DNA of 64,000 nt, from NCBI GenBank assembly GCA_046563655.1, contig CM102289.1:6200001-6264000 (forward strand). The letters run 5' to 3'. Position numbers and translations under genes: made by a program. The notes under the pieces were generated by a model, which was given only the letters and a program-made list of their open reading frames with translations, had not been told where the DNA came from and ran no database searches. Of this stretch, positions 35,001 through 50,000 are shown piece after piece (within the stretch, counting starts at the first letter, position 1; every line of letters starts with the position of its first letter). The stretch comes from Yuukianura sp. NJ FZ-2021. Its lineage: Eukaryota.

Positions 35001-38000
35001 AGAGAAAGTGAGCTTCAACCTTTAACAGAGGCCCCAGTAAAAAGTTATTGAAAATTTATAAGGTTTCTTTTTCATTTTCTTCTGGCCGTAGTTGGGCAAC
35101 GGCTGCCCTTTGCGTGATCCCTTGTCTCAATTTCGTTGATTCAATAATGCTCTCCGTGTTCCTCCATCTCACCGTCTGCTTCGTGTCAGTCAGTTTTTTT
35201 TGTAGTGATCAATACTTTTGTGAAGTTGTCTTTCACTTTGGAGTCCAGAAGGAAAAAAGATTGGCAGGAGGAGACAGTTGGAGAAAACAGAGAGAAAGTG
35301 ATTGAGTGGCAGTTGGGATAAACAAAACAAAAGTTTAGGACAAGTTCGAAAACATAAACCTTAGGCTAAAGCTGCTCAAATGCACTGGAAACAAAACGAC
35401 ATTAGTTCAAGGCAGTAGGATTTAAAGTTAGGTCTCAGTGTAAGTTTCAGCTAGGGAAAGGTTCTGTTAGATGAGTGGAGGGAGTAACTATGGCCATTTA
35501 AGATGATCACGAGGAGTATCAACAGGAAAAGTAAACTTTCTCTAATTTGGAGTAGAAAGTGTAGGGTGGAATTAGTGGGAAAAGATACTTTCTTTTACAC
35601 CTTGAAGGTTAGGTTAGGCCAGGACTTCCAGCAGCTTTACCGTTATTGGCTTCTAGAGCGTCTTGGAGGCTCACATTTTAGCGAAACGAGCACCGTAGAG
35701 AATCAATTAGGAAGAAATGGAGAGAGCAACTTTCTTCACAGCTTTTACTGCAGTAGAAAGTTCAGTTTCCAGTGTAACGAAGTAACGGAAGAATCAAGGT
35801 CCTGGGCATGCATAATGCATTAAACCTCAATTTCCCCCCTAATGATAACCACAGGGAGAAAAGACTTTGCTGGAAAGAGCGAGAACTTTTTTTGGGCAAC
35901 CAAAAAGACAACATAATTTTCCCATCACTTTTCCCGAGTAGGAGAAAGCTCTCTTTCACCCTTCCACTTTCTCTCCGATCAGACATAAATTCCACTTAAA
36001 CTTTCCCGCCCTTTCTTGCTATGGAAACACGGCTTTTATTTACGTTGGAGAAAAGGTGGGGGACTTTTGCAATTATTGGCACCCCTCACCACTCCCCCCC
36101 CCCTTCAAGAGAAGAGGGGGGGGGGGTATAGCCTACACGGCTTCGTCGGAGGTGGTGGGTGGGATTAGGGTTAGGTAGGCTTTTTGTTTTGTTTCTGGGA
36201 GGATAAAATACCAATTTTAAATGGATTTTGGAAAAAGTTTGGAAAAGTAAATTAAGTTCAGATCCTACAAAAAAGAAAACCCGAAAGCCGCGGTTTTGTT
36301 TTAAAATTCTTATCCGCCCCTTCCATCCATGTTTTTAAATAAAACCTCAAAATAAAAACCCAAGAAAAACGAAATTTGAATAGTTATAAAAGTTTTGGCC
36401 TTAGCTGTTTTAATTTTGAAAAAGTTTATCTGTGGTAGCTCTAGGTTCATTGTATTTTTTTTCTTGCTAGGTATGCCAAAAAAGTAAATGGAAATTGTAA
36501 TTGTTTAGAACGTGAAAATAATTGGGAGATTTGTTCTTGGAGGAAATTGAAACAATTGGAGAGATTAACCTACACTCTTCACGGAGCAGGTTGAAGATTT
36601 ACGACTTCAAAATTTCTGCCAAACTGTAATTTTTAAGATTTTTTCAACCTCATCTTTCAAGACAGGTTGAAAAGTAAAGGGGCAATAAATCCAGTCTTAG
36701 TTTGGTGTAACTTGAAAAACCGTCAACGCCACGCACACTTTCTATTATAATGATAATGATTCTCACTAAACAGCTCACGACTTTCCACACTTGGGTGCTC
36801 CAGGCACGTGTAAAGCCCATAATACCGTAATCTTCCAACAATAGTTCAAAAATACCTTCATCTTCAGAAAATAGCAATTCGATCCTTCTAAACTCATTGA
36901 TTATGTTTTGGCGAGAATTTGCTCATCGTCTATTTGAAAATTTACGGTACTTACATGGAACACATTGTTTAGTACAAAAGGGTAATGCTCTCCAAAGATT
37001 TGTATCGTATCCGAATGGTGATTGAAGAAAAAGACAATGGAATAAATTGAATCCATTCTCTCCCGCCCTTCTGCCTTTCTACGCGCTCTTTTTTAAAATT
37101 CCAATTAATTATTTTCCACGTGGACCTCCAGGTCCATTAGTTTCCTCAGTTCAGTTCTGAAATGGCCTCTTTGTTTGAGGTTTGGGCGTAGGTTTAATTT
37201 TCCCATACAATTCAAACATTCATTTCCTCCGATGGGCAAAATCCTAAGCCATTTTTAGACATGACACACACGATTTCACCATTTCTCACCCTCCAGATAC
37301 ACTAACTTTTCAAATTTCAAAATTTCCAATGCCAGACATTGTGAAAATTCAAGCCTCAGCAATACAAACAATTTTCAATGCTAAGAAAATAAAACAAATT
37401 TTGGCTTGTAAGCAGAAGTTGATTTTTTCTGAATGTGCATAATATTTTTTGAGAACTGTTGTGACACCCATCTGTTAATTCAAAATCTGTCACTCATCTT
37501 CTGGGCACATTTGAATCTTCTTATGAAAACAAATTATGAAGAAAGAGACTCTCACACATTAAGGAATTATGAGAGATGTACTTAAAAGGAAAATCTCCAA
37601 CAGTGGGCCACCGTAGTCAAGAAATTTTTTTTAGAAAAGAAAAATTATGGTTTGGTGTTTGCTGCCTGGAAATAGTTGTAGGCTCATCATTCATAATCAT
37701 GAGAATCCTTAAGTTTGTAGAGTGGCACAGATACAACCTTGTAGTGCGCAGACGCAAATGGAAATGTAAACATTGAATTACACTTGGGTGTGAGTGGAGC
37801 TTTAAGTTCTGGGAAACTGGTGGGAAGAGGCCTTAACAAAAGTAAACACCATTCCACTGGAGCCTCATTTCAGCTTGACTCAAAAACGATAAATCTTGTA
37901 AACTGAATAACATTTTTGAAACAAAAGTTTTTTATAATTTAGGAATTTCTGAAAAAAATTAACCTTAGCCTTCATGTAACCTTCTTTCTTGTACTCTATT

Positions 38001-38003
38001 CCG

Positions 38004-38023
38004 TGACCTTTGACCTTTGAACT
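38004..38023. promoter_or_regulatory. Triple nuclear-receptor half-site array (overlapping DR1 elements) TGACCT-T-TGACCT-T-TGAACT
   Basis: Exact match to RGKTCA direct repeats with 1-nt spacing, on the minus strand. Function untested. Confidence 0.4.
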
Positions 38024-41000
38024 CATGATGGGTTAACGTGAACCCCCGAATTAGCCTATGGGCGGGGCAGTAGAGATCACACCTCAATTTCAATTACTTC
38101 GATTGAAGGTGTGTGACAAGAGGCTTTTGATATCTGAGGTGAATGACTCTCGACGCATCTTCACTGGTGCTGAATACATAAACAGAATTTTGGCACAAAA
38201 GTTTGAAGTGGGAATCCGCGAGTTGTGGATTGCGCATTACATACCAATGTCACCCGGACTTAAATTATGAAGTCATGGGTGATGGCGGGGATTTTGAAAT
38301 CGGAAAATACGACTCTACTCTCCCGTTTCCTTCAATTCAAATTCCGTCCCGCCACAATCCATAATGCACCTTCCAGTATTCAACAGCAGCAGCAGAAAAA
38401 GGAATTGCCCTTCTTCACTTCTGACAAGAACTCGAAAGAATATTAAGTACCGCAAGAAATCTGCAAGGAAGAAAGATACGAGCAAATCCGTTCATTTGTG
38501 TTGAAATCTGATAAGATTTGAAGGAAGAAGAAGAGAAGCGCCAACATTTGAATTTGAAAGTACTCGGAGCCTTCAAGCCTAGGTTTTCATCTCCTGTTTT
38601 TGGAGAGATCAAAGCAAATGAAAAACAAGTACGGACGTGAGGAACGCCGAGATCTATTTCTTTTTGAACTTTTCTTTTCCAAATGTCAAAGATTTTGGAC
38701 AGAGCCGTTCGTCTTGAGTCTCGCTTCTTCATGTCTCCTTAGAAAAGATGTTGATGTGACAAAGTGAAAAGTTAGAGAACCTCGTAACCCTTCCGAATGC
38801 TTTGGCGTAGAGAGATGCTTTGGTGGTCATATTAGTCTTTGTCTCATCCTGTCTTCCACAACGTCACCTCCAAAGACATAAAAGGTAAACAATGAATTCC
38901 ACTTCCCAAACAACGACTATGACGAGTGATTGAGAGTTGGGCCTAAGAGTCAACGGATTAAACGGATCAAACAAATCTTGGTCAGACGATGGACCAAAGA
39001 GTGGGATGATCATAGACATCATCGTACTTGAGCAGGTGAAATTCAGGATTTCCTCATTTTGATCAAAACACACAATTCCAATTTTTGTTTGTCTTTTTTT
39101 GTGCAATTTTGATATTAAAAAGTCTTAATTTTAATTTTAATGATTTCCTCTTTCCTTTTTTTTTTCGATTTTCAATTTTTAGAACTGCATGTACTACCGT
39201 AAAACTTCAAACAAGCGTCGAAACTATCACATAGATGAACAAAAATAAAAAAGGAAGTGTTATTATACTTGTGGGATTACGAAGATTTTGGGGCCAAAGA
39301 TTTCAGAATTTTGCAGTAAATATTGTTACGTCTTAAAAGATTTTGAGTATTGAGGATTTCCTCAAAATGGAAATCGACCCTGACGATGCATTTCTTTAAG
39401 TTTTCTTTACTCTTCTTTTTAGTTCTTCGGGAAAGTAAACACTGAAATTGAGATTATGATTAGAGAGGAACAAATAGAAAATGACAACAAAAAACCAAGA
39501 TGGCGCCTTCTGATTAAGTAATGTGCTCACTGGTTACTTTAGGTGGAGGGAGTTGATGATGACCTGGGTGACAGGTTGAGTGACACTAAAATGTACCCAT
39601 TTGAGAATTTCATTAAGCTTTCCCGCTTCTTCCATTCCTGTGGCGGGAATTATGGAAAGTGAACTTCTCCCGGGTAAAGTGGAGGAAGAAGCAGTAAACA
39701 AGAAAGGAGGTGCTGAAATGACTTCGCAGAAAGCAGAAACGACAGCGGTAGTCGTAATGTCGTAAAACCACACCGCGGCGGCTCTCCACGGTTTTGTGCC
39801 ACCACGAAGCCACCACCGTGGATCTTATCTTCCTTCGCCAGATATGTTGGCTTTGCTCCTGGTGTGGCCTCCAATGTCTTTTATATCTCGTCCAAATTTT
39901 ATTCCGCAGAGCCAGAAAGCGTCGTTAAGGCCAGATTTTGTTTGAAATCATTTTTCAAATCCAGGGTGCTGTTTTTCAAAATTCTTCTTCCTTGAAGAAA
40001 GCACGCTAGGTTCTGGATTTTCAAAAGGTAAGAAGAGGAAATTGAAGGTAAAGCCAAACAGCTCTGGAAGATGGAAAAGGTAAGTCATATTTTATGACAT
40101 GGAAGAAAGCAACTGGAGTTCATAAATATGCGAAACCAAGAAACTGTGTTTTTCAAAACAGAATTTTTGAAAACCAAATGTGAAATCGAAACCTTCCAAA
40201 AACAGAGTGGTGGAAGTAGTACCGAACTCTGTATATGAACAGAATGTGATGCTGGATAAGTAAAATATTGAACAACGAGGTCATGACATCGAGCAACACA
40301 TGGGTTGTCACAAGCATTTTTGAAAATGTCAACCAACTGTTTCAAAAATGTCTGAAATGTTTAAGATTTTCAAATGTTCTAATAGTCTCTCAATTCTCAT
40401 TTAAGTTATTGGTGTTGTACGAAACTAAAAATTTCAAAATGTCAATTTGGAATTTGGTGCATTTTGAACTATGGAGAAAAGTCAAGCACCACTGACTCAC
40501 TTGGCAATGAAATAAAGCTGTTCGGTCTAATTTAAAAATCTAAAACTTGTTTGAACTAAAAAGACTTAAAAAATCTGGCTGAAAAGGTTACAACTTGAAG
40601 TTATGAGACAAGTTATTTCCATCATAACTTTTTTCTCGTTTTACAAACCTAAACTTATACATTGTTCTAAAAAGAAAAATTCGTTGTTCTCAAAATTTTC
40701 GTGTTTCATAAATTGTTCAAAACTCCTTTTGTAGTAAACTCTAAAACACTTTTTTGAAAAATTGTTGTTTTCATTTTCTGTAAGGGCCATTATTTAGAAC
40801 AAGATTAAAGAACATAGAGGGCCCTTGGCTTAAGCGTTTAAGGCTCCATGAGCCCTTTGTCCTCCATTCCAGGCATAAAGTGTTAAGGCTAATAGGCAGA
40901 AAAGCGGATTTTCTCAGCAGGGAGGACTTAAGGTTTACTGGAGACCTTAAACACCTTCTTCGTGGGTTGGGCAGATGTACGTTTCTCAGGAAATTTAAAA

Positions 41001-44000
41001 TGAAAACGAGAGGGAACATTTGAACTTTTCAAAATTTTCAAAAATAAGCTTTTTCCCTTCCCGCTTCCAGCAAACGGAGAGGAAAGAGAAATGTGTTTCG
41101 GAGATTAAACGGAGATTTAATTTCCTTTTATTTCCAACAGTTATTCAGTTCACATTAAAGTTGTGTAGAGCCGTACCTTCGTCTCCATTGTGTACTTTAT
41201 AGTTACTCCCTCCACCGCTAAAAACTCAAAATCCTGTCATAAATTTTCCTTAACTTCAAAACCTAATCCTTTCCATAAATTTCTACTTCTTTCTGGAAAT
41301 GAAGGAAAAGCAACAATTTCCTTCATGGATTTTCTCCTTAGTTAGTATCCTGCTTCATAATTCAGAAAAAAATTTGAATGATTATTTTTTCTAATTTTAG
41401 GCATTTTTAATTTGAAACGAGACATTTTTAAAGTTCTTTGACATTCTGACATTAATTTGACTTCGTTTCATTAAGTTTGGTTTAAAATTATGCCAAAAGT
41501 TTTTGAATTTCGTCAGCAAAAAAAAATTTCTTGTAAAATTCCAAACTTGGCTGAAAACTTTTGAACTTTTTGAAAATGAAATTCACAATCGAATTCCTAC
41601 TTTGACATTTCGCTTTCTAACAAAATGAAAATTAAACGCTTTCAAGTTTTTAAAAAGAAAACATGTTCGCCTCTAATTGGCTCCAAACTTTTAATTCGTT
41701 TAGATGCAGTTTTAAAAAATGTCGGTGCAGGAAAATGTTGGAGTGTGAAATTAAATAAAATTCCATAAAAAACGACTTGTTGTTCCAAAAAAATTAAATT
41801 AAAAGTTACAGGTAACAATGAACTGGTGGTGGTGTGAAAGCAGAAACAAAAATGAGGGAAAGTTTAAACCCTAATTTTTCATTAAGTTCAAATTTAAGCA
41901 GGAACTTTTCTTTTACTTTCTCTTTTTTCAAAATCAGTGCTCCCTCCTGTTTTTTGTGGTTCAAGTCTCTTTTTGCTTTTTAATTATAAGAAACTGCTTG
42001 TCCTAAGAGTCTTGCCCCGAAAAACTTTTTTAGGAAAAGTTTTTCTAAAAAATTCAACTCGTTAGACATTCTAACTAAACTAAGAAGAATTAGAAGAGGG
42101 TTGGGTTGATTAGGACTAATGGGATCATATTTATTAGCTCTCTCATGCATCTTCTAGTGCTCCACAAGCTTTCTCTTTTCCACTTCAGAAAGTGCGGGAG
42201 AAAAGATCAGATTTTTCAAAAGTTTTGAATTTCGAACAAAAACGGGCAGGGAGAGTTTGGAAATAAAGGAAAACTTGAGCTTTGAGAAAAGTTTTTTTGA
42301 AAAATCTCACACAAATCCAAAATCCTTTTCCTTGTACAAAATGTAAATAGAACAAGAAATGAATGTAAAATTTATCACAGGTTTCAAAAATTCAGAGATG
42401 AGAAAAGTAGGAAGGGGGAGGAAAGGGACAAAAACTTTTTCTAAAGAAACTTTCTTTTTTCACTTTTTTTTAAAAATGTAACAATACACCTCTAGGCGTC
42501 TTAGCACTTTCCCTCTCCCATCCTTTCTACTTCAGCTCCACTCCCAAGTCCATTTATCTTAGGAAAGCTTCTAAGAATGGAATTGTCCTTGAGGGAGATT
42601 GGGAGTTGAAAAAGTGTTTGAAACACAGTTCTAGAAATGTTTTTTAAAAAACCTTCTTAATGCATACATTAGACCATCCTCCTTGGCTCATAAAAGTATC
42701 AAGAACACAAGAATCTACGACTGCGTATAAGGCTTATTGCTTCGAAAGAGCGGGAAAAGTTATACTTTGCAGAACAAAATATTTTTTGTACTTTGGGTAT
42801 CCCCAATGACTAGTAAAGTTTGAAGAAAGAGTGCCAGAGTACAACAGGTTAAAGACACCCTGGAGAATTCTGCTCGCACTTTTCTGCGCGCAGGCTTTTT
42901 TGTACAATGAAAATTGCGTACTCACGTGATAAGGGGAAAGAAAGCGGGAAAAGTTGATTAGAGTTGAACAAGAACGAAAACAATTTTAATTTGATTTGAT
43001 TTTCTTTGTTTTCCCTCCAAATCCAAACCCTTTGGGAATTTCTTCTTTTTCTTCCATCAAAATAGAAAAATGAGAAAATCGATCATCCGCGGCGTCAGGA
43101 GATTTTTGGGAGGCGCACAAATATTTGAAAGTGACAAAGATATGAACTGAGATATGTAATGTGAGATCATGGTGTATTTTTCGATTGATCTCCACAGCAG
43201 GAGCAGAATCATGAAAATCCTTGCTTTTGACATAGCAGGAGCTCCTTGTTGCTAGAACTTCATAAAGAGAGAGAAAGTGCGAGAAAAAGCGGAAAATTCA
43301 AGTTTTCTCCTTCAGAGTAATAGTGAAAGTGTAAATCCTTTTGTTCCTTCCAGTTGGTCGCACAGCCACAATGGACATGGAACTCACTTCAACGTACTCA
43401 ATTTCTTTTGAATTTTTTTTCAAACAGAGCTACTCCAGCGTTCTTAGCCTTAAGCATCTTCGGATCAAAATTGCTCAAATTCTATTTTCACTTGTTACTT
43501 TCGTAAGCTGCTCGCTGCTGAATTTTCGTGTAAAAAAAATACGAGAGAAAACTTTCTACTTTCACTTTTTCTTGCAGCGAATGAGCGATATAAAGAAAAT
43601 GTTTTAAAAGTTACGGATTTGATTGCCTTGCCACAATCAGTTTTTGGTTAGACTTAAGTTGCTAAAAGATTAAGTTATGTTAGGTTAGTGCCTGAGTTAA
43701 GCTAGTCCAAGCTTTTAGATTTTTTGTTTTGAAATTTATGACACGAGGCTTAGGCTAAAAAAGTTAGTATAGTCCAGCACTGTAGCCTTTGGTTGCCCAT
43801 ATTTGTATTCAGTGACTCAACGAGTTCCCAGCTGTTGTGGTATGGGCATGGACGTGGAGGGGAGAAAAGATGAAAGTGCAGCGCGGTTTTATTCAATTTT
43901 TGAAAATGATTGATGGGAACGCAGGAGGTTGATTTTGAAGTTTGTGTATGCAAAGGAGTAAAGGCTAATGAATAAATTTTCTGAATACCTTCTATACTCC

Positions 44001-47000
44001 CTTTGCTTCCGCTTTGTTCAAATCCAAACTTTTGTTTGAAAATTTCTAAATCACTGTTCAAAAACTTTTAATAAGAAAAGTCTCTGTTGCGCATGAGCAG
44101 CTTAGTGTAGTGAAAGCGCTATTTCCTGATGCATCTTTTGAAAAGCTTTCAGTTCTTCGTTTTTGAAAAAGCCTTTCAGAACCAGAAGTGCTAAGAGACA
44201 AGATGCAGCAAAATGCAACTTTGCACTTGAACTTTTATTGGAGAATGCTTCCTGGCATTTAAAGTTTGAATAGTAGCGGGAAAGTTTGAATGAATGGGCT
44301 GCACGTTGATTTGAATAAGAAACAAAAACCAGACACGCAGTTACTAAGAAATGAACAGAGGAAGCTTTCGTTCAAAATCAAAATTTTGAAAATACAAATC
44401 ACGCCTATGTTAGTTGAGTGAATTAGAACTTCCTTTACAGTAGTGCACTGGGACACTCCAGTGTTAAAGTTTGTTTAAAATTTTTTTTAAAACCGTGAAG
44501 GACTTTGCCAGACATTTTGTAATATAATTACCATTGTTTCTATAAACAAGGATTTTACGACAGAGGAGCGCCTGTTGAACGTCGTTCTGTTTAGTTACTC
44601 CCTTGACGCTCGCTCTGTTTGAACAGACCCGCTTCACTTTCGACAGCCTTCCACATGCCAACGAACGTTCAAATAGGACTGAAACGTTCATTTTGAGCTG
44701 ATTTAGTCAAAAAGTATCAATGGGCCAGTGAGCAAGCGGGTAAGCTGGAAGTCATTTTAAAAGTAATGGGTTCTGTTTGAAAAAGTGTTTTGAAAATGCT
44801 CATTACTCCGGCGCAGTAACCCTTAAGGACCAAACTGTAGAAAAAAAAGTGGGTCTGACTCATTAGTCACTGCCTGACAGACAAGAGACAGATTCCAAGA
44901 CATTATTAGCTCTTCGCAAAGTCAGCGACATCCGCTCTTTTCTGAAAAAAAGAGAGAACTCCTGCGTCACCCTTGGCAACAGCGGCACAACGGTGCTAAA
45001 TAATGATTAGTCGCCCCTAAAACACTGACACGTGACTTCGGTTACACTTTGTATATCCAAGAAACCCTAAGTTTTATGTAACACTTCAAGGGTAACAGTC
45101 TATTGACCCTATTATGGCCACACAGGAAGCGGGAGGTGTCAAAAATAGTTACGTTAATGACACTTTCCAACACTTCCAGGAAGTGGTCTGGATACATACG
45201 TTGTCCAGGATACGAACCTAATCTATGCATATCGTAATCTATGCGCAGAAGCAAACTCAAGTTCCCGCGTCGACCAAAGCAATTGTCTTATCCTTGACAT
45301 CTTCCTTAACAAACTGCTAAAGAGTAATAACACGATGCTAAACGGGTCATACCAACGGATCATCAATCACGAAGCTGCGGTAAAAAAAGAGAGGGAATTT
45401 TTAAAAAGTGAAAAACGTACATTTTGCTCTCAGAAGACATGCAACGATTTATCATGTTCCGTGAAACACAAAAGAAAAGGAGTTCCTTGTGCTGCTCTTT
45501 ATGTATATTATTGCCCAAATTAGAACAAAAAGTGAATTCAAAAAGAAACGCTAAAAATAGAAAAGTTGAAAATATTTTTTAGAAAAAAGAATTCTTACAC
45601 TAAAAACCTTTTTTGAATTCCGCGCTGTGTCTCTCTGTTTTCCTGAGAAAGATGATAGAATCAGATATGAGTTCTAAAAAGCAAATGACTGCTTATCGTC
45701 ATTAGTTTTTTCGGAGACTAATGGTCTATGCATAGGAAAAAGAAGAAAGAAGTCTTAGTCAAGTCGACGGAATGATAAAACCTAATGCATTTTTTAGCCT
45801 AACTGCAACCTAACATTAGGTTAGCCAACCTAACTCTGGACTCCATTACATTAGAGTCAACCTTTCTATTCGTCTGACACTTTGAATTTAGTTTATGTTA
45901 CACCCAAATCCTAAAATATACTTTCCAAATCCCTCAAAGTGTCATTTTTATGTCAGTCTCCATCCATTCTCCTATCTGAAGATGAAAAGCCGCGGGAAAA
46001 CCCGAAATTTAACAAAAAATCAAACTAAAGCTAAGTAAACCGCCATTAATTTAACACTTTTTGAAGAACATTCCATTCGAGCTAAGCAGTTTGGTTAGAG
46101 TTTGAACTTTCCCGCCATAAAATTTTTGAAATGTAAAATTTGGGTTAAGGTTAGGTGCAGGTTAATGGGCACTTTAGGTTTAAAGAAAAGCCGTAGAAGC
46201 GGATTTCCATTTTTTGAATTTGAGCGAGAGCGGTTTCTTTTAAGCTTTCCGGATAACCCATTGTCCTCATAGGATTATTCTTGAAAAAAAAGTTTTCATT
46301 CGAGAATTTCAAAATCTCTGAATTTTTTTTAGATTAAAAATTTTTTAAGACGACACAGGTTACTTTTTCAAAAAACATTAAAACTGCCGCTTCGTTCCAT
46401 CTTCCTTTATGTGACAAGTTTTCGATTCCAGAAACCTTTTCGTGTGTTCCTAAAGTCTGACCAAACGGTAACGTAGTTATAGCGTCAAAATGCGGCTGCG
46501 TAGAAGTTAAGTCCATGTCACACAAATTGTTTGAGATGTTCGTTCTGTCCAAATGCTTTATTTATCATCTCCGTCACTGAAGCTGAAGATGATGGATCAG
46601 TTTTTCCAAACCAAAGTTAGAACCAGATGCTTTTTCTTTTGGTAAAAAGAAAAGTTGTTTCTAAGCGTCATTTTTCAAAATTTCATTTCCAAATGTCAAA
46701 GGTCACAAAGCCTTACAGAAGGAATGCTTGTAAACCAAACCAGTGGAAATGTAATTTGAGGTTTGAGTTTATTTGAAAGCTTCAAAAGTAGCGGGCTGGT
46801 TCAAAAACGTAAATGTTTTAGGTCTAATGAGAAAATACCCAGAGTTATTAAGTAAACAAAAGAAGACTTGTTTCAGTCTTGGACTGTGGAATGTTAAGGC
46901 CCAACCAAACAGTTGATGACAGGCAAAGCAGGAAGAGGGAAGTTTACATTTTCAAAAAAAAAGTTATTTGCTCTTTGATAAAGGCACTGGGAGATCAAAC

Positions 47001-50000
47001 AAACTGGCTTCCTAATGACAATAATATCAACAGTCAAGAACCTTTGCTTGTTTAAAAAAAACTGTTTAGAAACGTTTCAAAATTTTCTGAAGGAGGTTTA
47101 CTTCATCCGTTTCCTTTGAAATTTTAAAAAATTGCCGCAACATAGCGGTCATCTTTTGAAATCACAAAGGGACGCCATACTGCAAACAATTTCAAATCGG
47201 TTTGTAATGATTGTTTTCATAAAGTATTTTGAGATGCGCAAATCAAAGTGTACACACACGCTGATAATTTAATGGCCTCAAAACCTACGTGTGGTCACTG
47301 CGCGCGCAGTTTGAATTGAGTTTTTAAAGTTCCTGTAAAGTCATAAAAGCGATGGCTGCTGGATGTTGTAAAGTTCCAAAGACCACCTTGGATTGATTAC
47401 GCTTTAGAATTGATATGTTACGAAATTTTGAAAATGTAAACAGTGCAATGAATGAAAACGAGATTTGATATAAATTGTGTGTAAACAATTGAACAATTTC
47501 ATCATCACGTATTAAAGCTATCTCGCAGAACGGGTTTAGAGCAACGTTCAAACAAGATTTGGAGTGCGCATGCGTCATTGAGCAAATCTTATTCAGCCTT
47601 TAAATCCTGATTTTTGAAACGGCACGGCTCAGATTGCATCCAGAACGTCCAGTTTGACAAAGATTTGAAAAGATGCGTCACTGCATTATGTGCAGGACCG
47701 TGCAGAAATGCAACAAGAAAACGTTTCTGATCTTGAGACATGGAAATTGAAGGATGAGATAATTGGAGATCTGATGGAAGATCACAATTTGAAATTTGAA
47801 AATTTTCGAGGGCCCCCGCCCTTTTTCCGTCATTGTCCGTCTCCTATTAAAGGTTCTTTACGCCCAATTTATTCCTATTATTTTCCTACCGTCATCATCT
47901 TCATCTCATCTCCACCCCTACTTCACCTGGGATCCAAAAAACCAAATCTTTTAGCGTATAACCTAACTTTAGCCTAACCATAACCTAACATTTAGGTTAT
48001 ACCATTTACGTTTTAAGTTGATGTAGTTGCCCTTGTAATCTCTCATGTTCTAGTCAAGACAAAGAGCTACCTCTGTTCTCTCGTCGGTCAAATAATCGAT
48101 AGGCGGAAACAGAGTGGCCAATTATTCTCCAAACAGAATAACTTTTCTAATGCCTTAATTCCAATTTTGGACTCACTCGAAGAAGGATAATCATAAGGCA
48201 TGATCCGCTCATCTTGTACAGATCATGCGCAGATACAAATTCTGGACCACTTTCTATGAAACTGCTTCTAAGAACTTTTTTCTCTTCGTGCATGTTGTAC
48301 GCATGAGTCAGCAACATCCCAATTCCCTCTGCTCATCTTTTGAGTAATGAGGACTCTCATGAATCATTTTCTGGAAGGCAGCAGTAAAAAGAAGAAGTGT
48401 CATCCTTACGGGATGTGATGGGGCTCCGCACCCTTCGACTGGCAATTTACGTGACAAGTCGTACATATTTGTTGCAAAATTTTTTTGTTAAGACTTTGGG
48501 TCACAGGATTCGCAAAAAGTCAACAATAAATCAATCATCCCAAATGACTTTTTTGGACAGGGAAAAACTAACAACACGAAAAGATGAAGTGAGGAAAAAG
48601 TGTCACATTAAAAATATAACAAGTTTGTCGATTAGAAAAAGTGAACAAACAGGTCAAAACTGGAACTTTTGCGCATGTGTCGCAAAAACGCTAAGTTATT
48701 AGCTGGTCTGCGTCAATTTTTGGACTTTAAACTGCGTTGTGGTGTCTGTAGCCCTACGTTTAGTTAAGATTCAAAACTTATTCAACGTTAAGCACTTGGG
48801 ATGCATGCAGTTATCTTTGCTGTTGATCAAAGAAATGAAGATTCCCTGTTGCTTTTATGTTCTAATGCTCAAAACCACAATTTTATGACCAGCCTCTCCT
48901 TGAAAATCGTTTTATTCCAAGTAGCACGAAATTTAAACTGTTGCATCTTTCGATTTTTCAAATGATGAACACACCCTCTGTAACTACATAGCTTCCCCTA
49001 CCCCCAATGTTAAAGATATACATGTAGCATACCCCCCCCTTCTGGACAGGGTGGGGAGATAATGTGTAGGGTGGGGTCACTTGACAACAAAACGCCGCTC
49101 TTATGATCCCTTCCGATACGAAAAAATAATGGAGAAAACTTTGTGCTGAATGGAAACAGTATCTTATGGATCCATATGCTTCTGGAAGCCTATCTCCCCA
49201 CCCCCCACTTGACACTTTTTTTCGGTGACCTCTGATGGGGGCGGGGTGTCACTCATGTCCTCATCGTCTGCCCTTTTCGCTCCATCGTATCTTAATGGAC
49301 TCTAATATTTTAGTCAGCCCTAGTCTGATTGTATTGTGTCAACCTTAGAAGATCATAACCATAACTCAAATGTCCAAGTACCGAAGGGGTTGCTAAGCAA
49401 CGCACTGCAAAAGGGGTGTGCATCCCCCTTATTCCCTGCACCCCTTCTCTAGGAAAAGTGACACTTTTAATAAAGAAGTTGATTCATTCATTGAAAATGC
49501 TGTGCAGTTTTATTTGAAAAGCGGGGGAGGGGGAGCATACTTTTGAATTTTTCCGGTTTACTACTTCGCATCTCCGGGTGCCTGGTGATGGAACCATTTA
49601 AGCCTTTTACGGAAGCTTTAATGTTTTCATAAAGTTCATAAAGTCCAAAGTTGGTCACCTACAGGCCATATTTAGGCACTTGGAAAACTATTTTCCAGTT
49701 TGAACTGACACGCAGTTTTTTGAAGGTTCAAAGCTTGAAAAGTTTGTTTTAAATTTAAAACAGAATGTTTTTGTGGAAGAGAACCAAAGCGGTTGATACG
49801 CTTCCACTCCACTTCCGGTTGTGTCTCCTGCTTCCTTGTATTTGGATCTTGAGGCGTAAATAATCGCATCCAACCAAGATCCACTGGAGCCAGAACACAA
49901 TTCATCTTTGTATTTTGTCCAAAATTCTGATTTGGCTCAATCGAACTTTATGTTTTGGCTGCTGAATGAACTGTTTGTGTCAAAACATGAGACTACCAAA

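Noticed and set aside
36088..36128. C-run/G-run hairpin containing TTCAAGAGA, the common shRNA loop
   Set aside because: The stem is homopolymeric and there is no vector or Pol III context; most likely coincidence or slippage.
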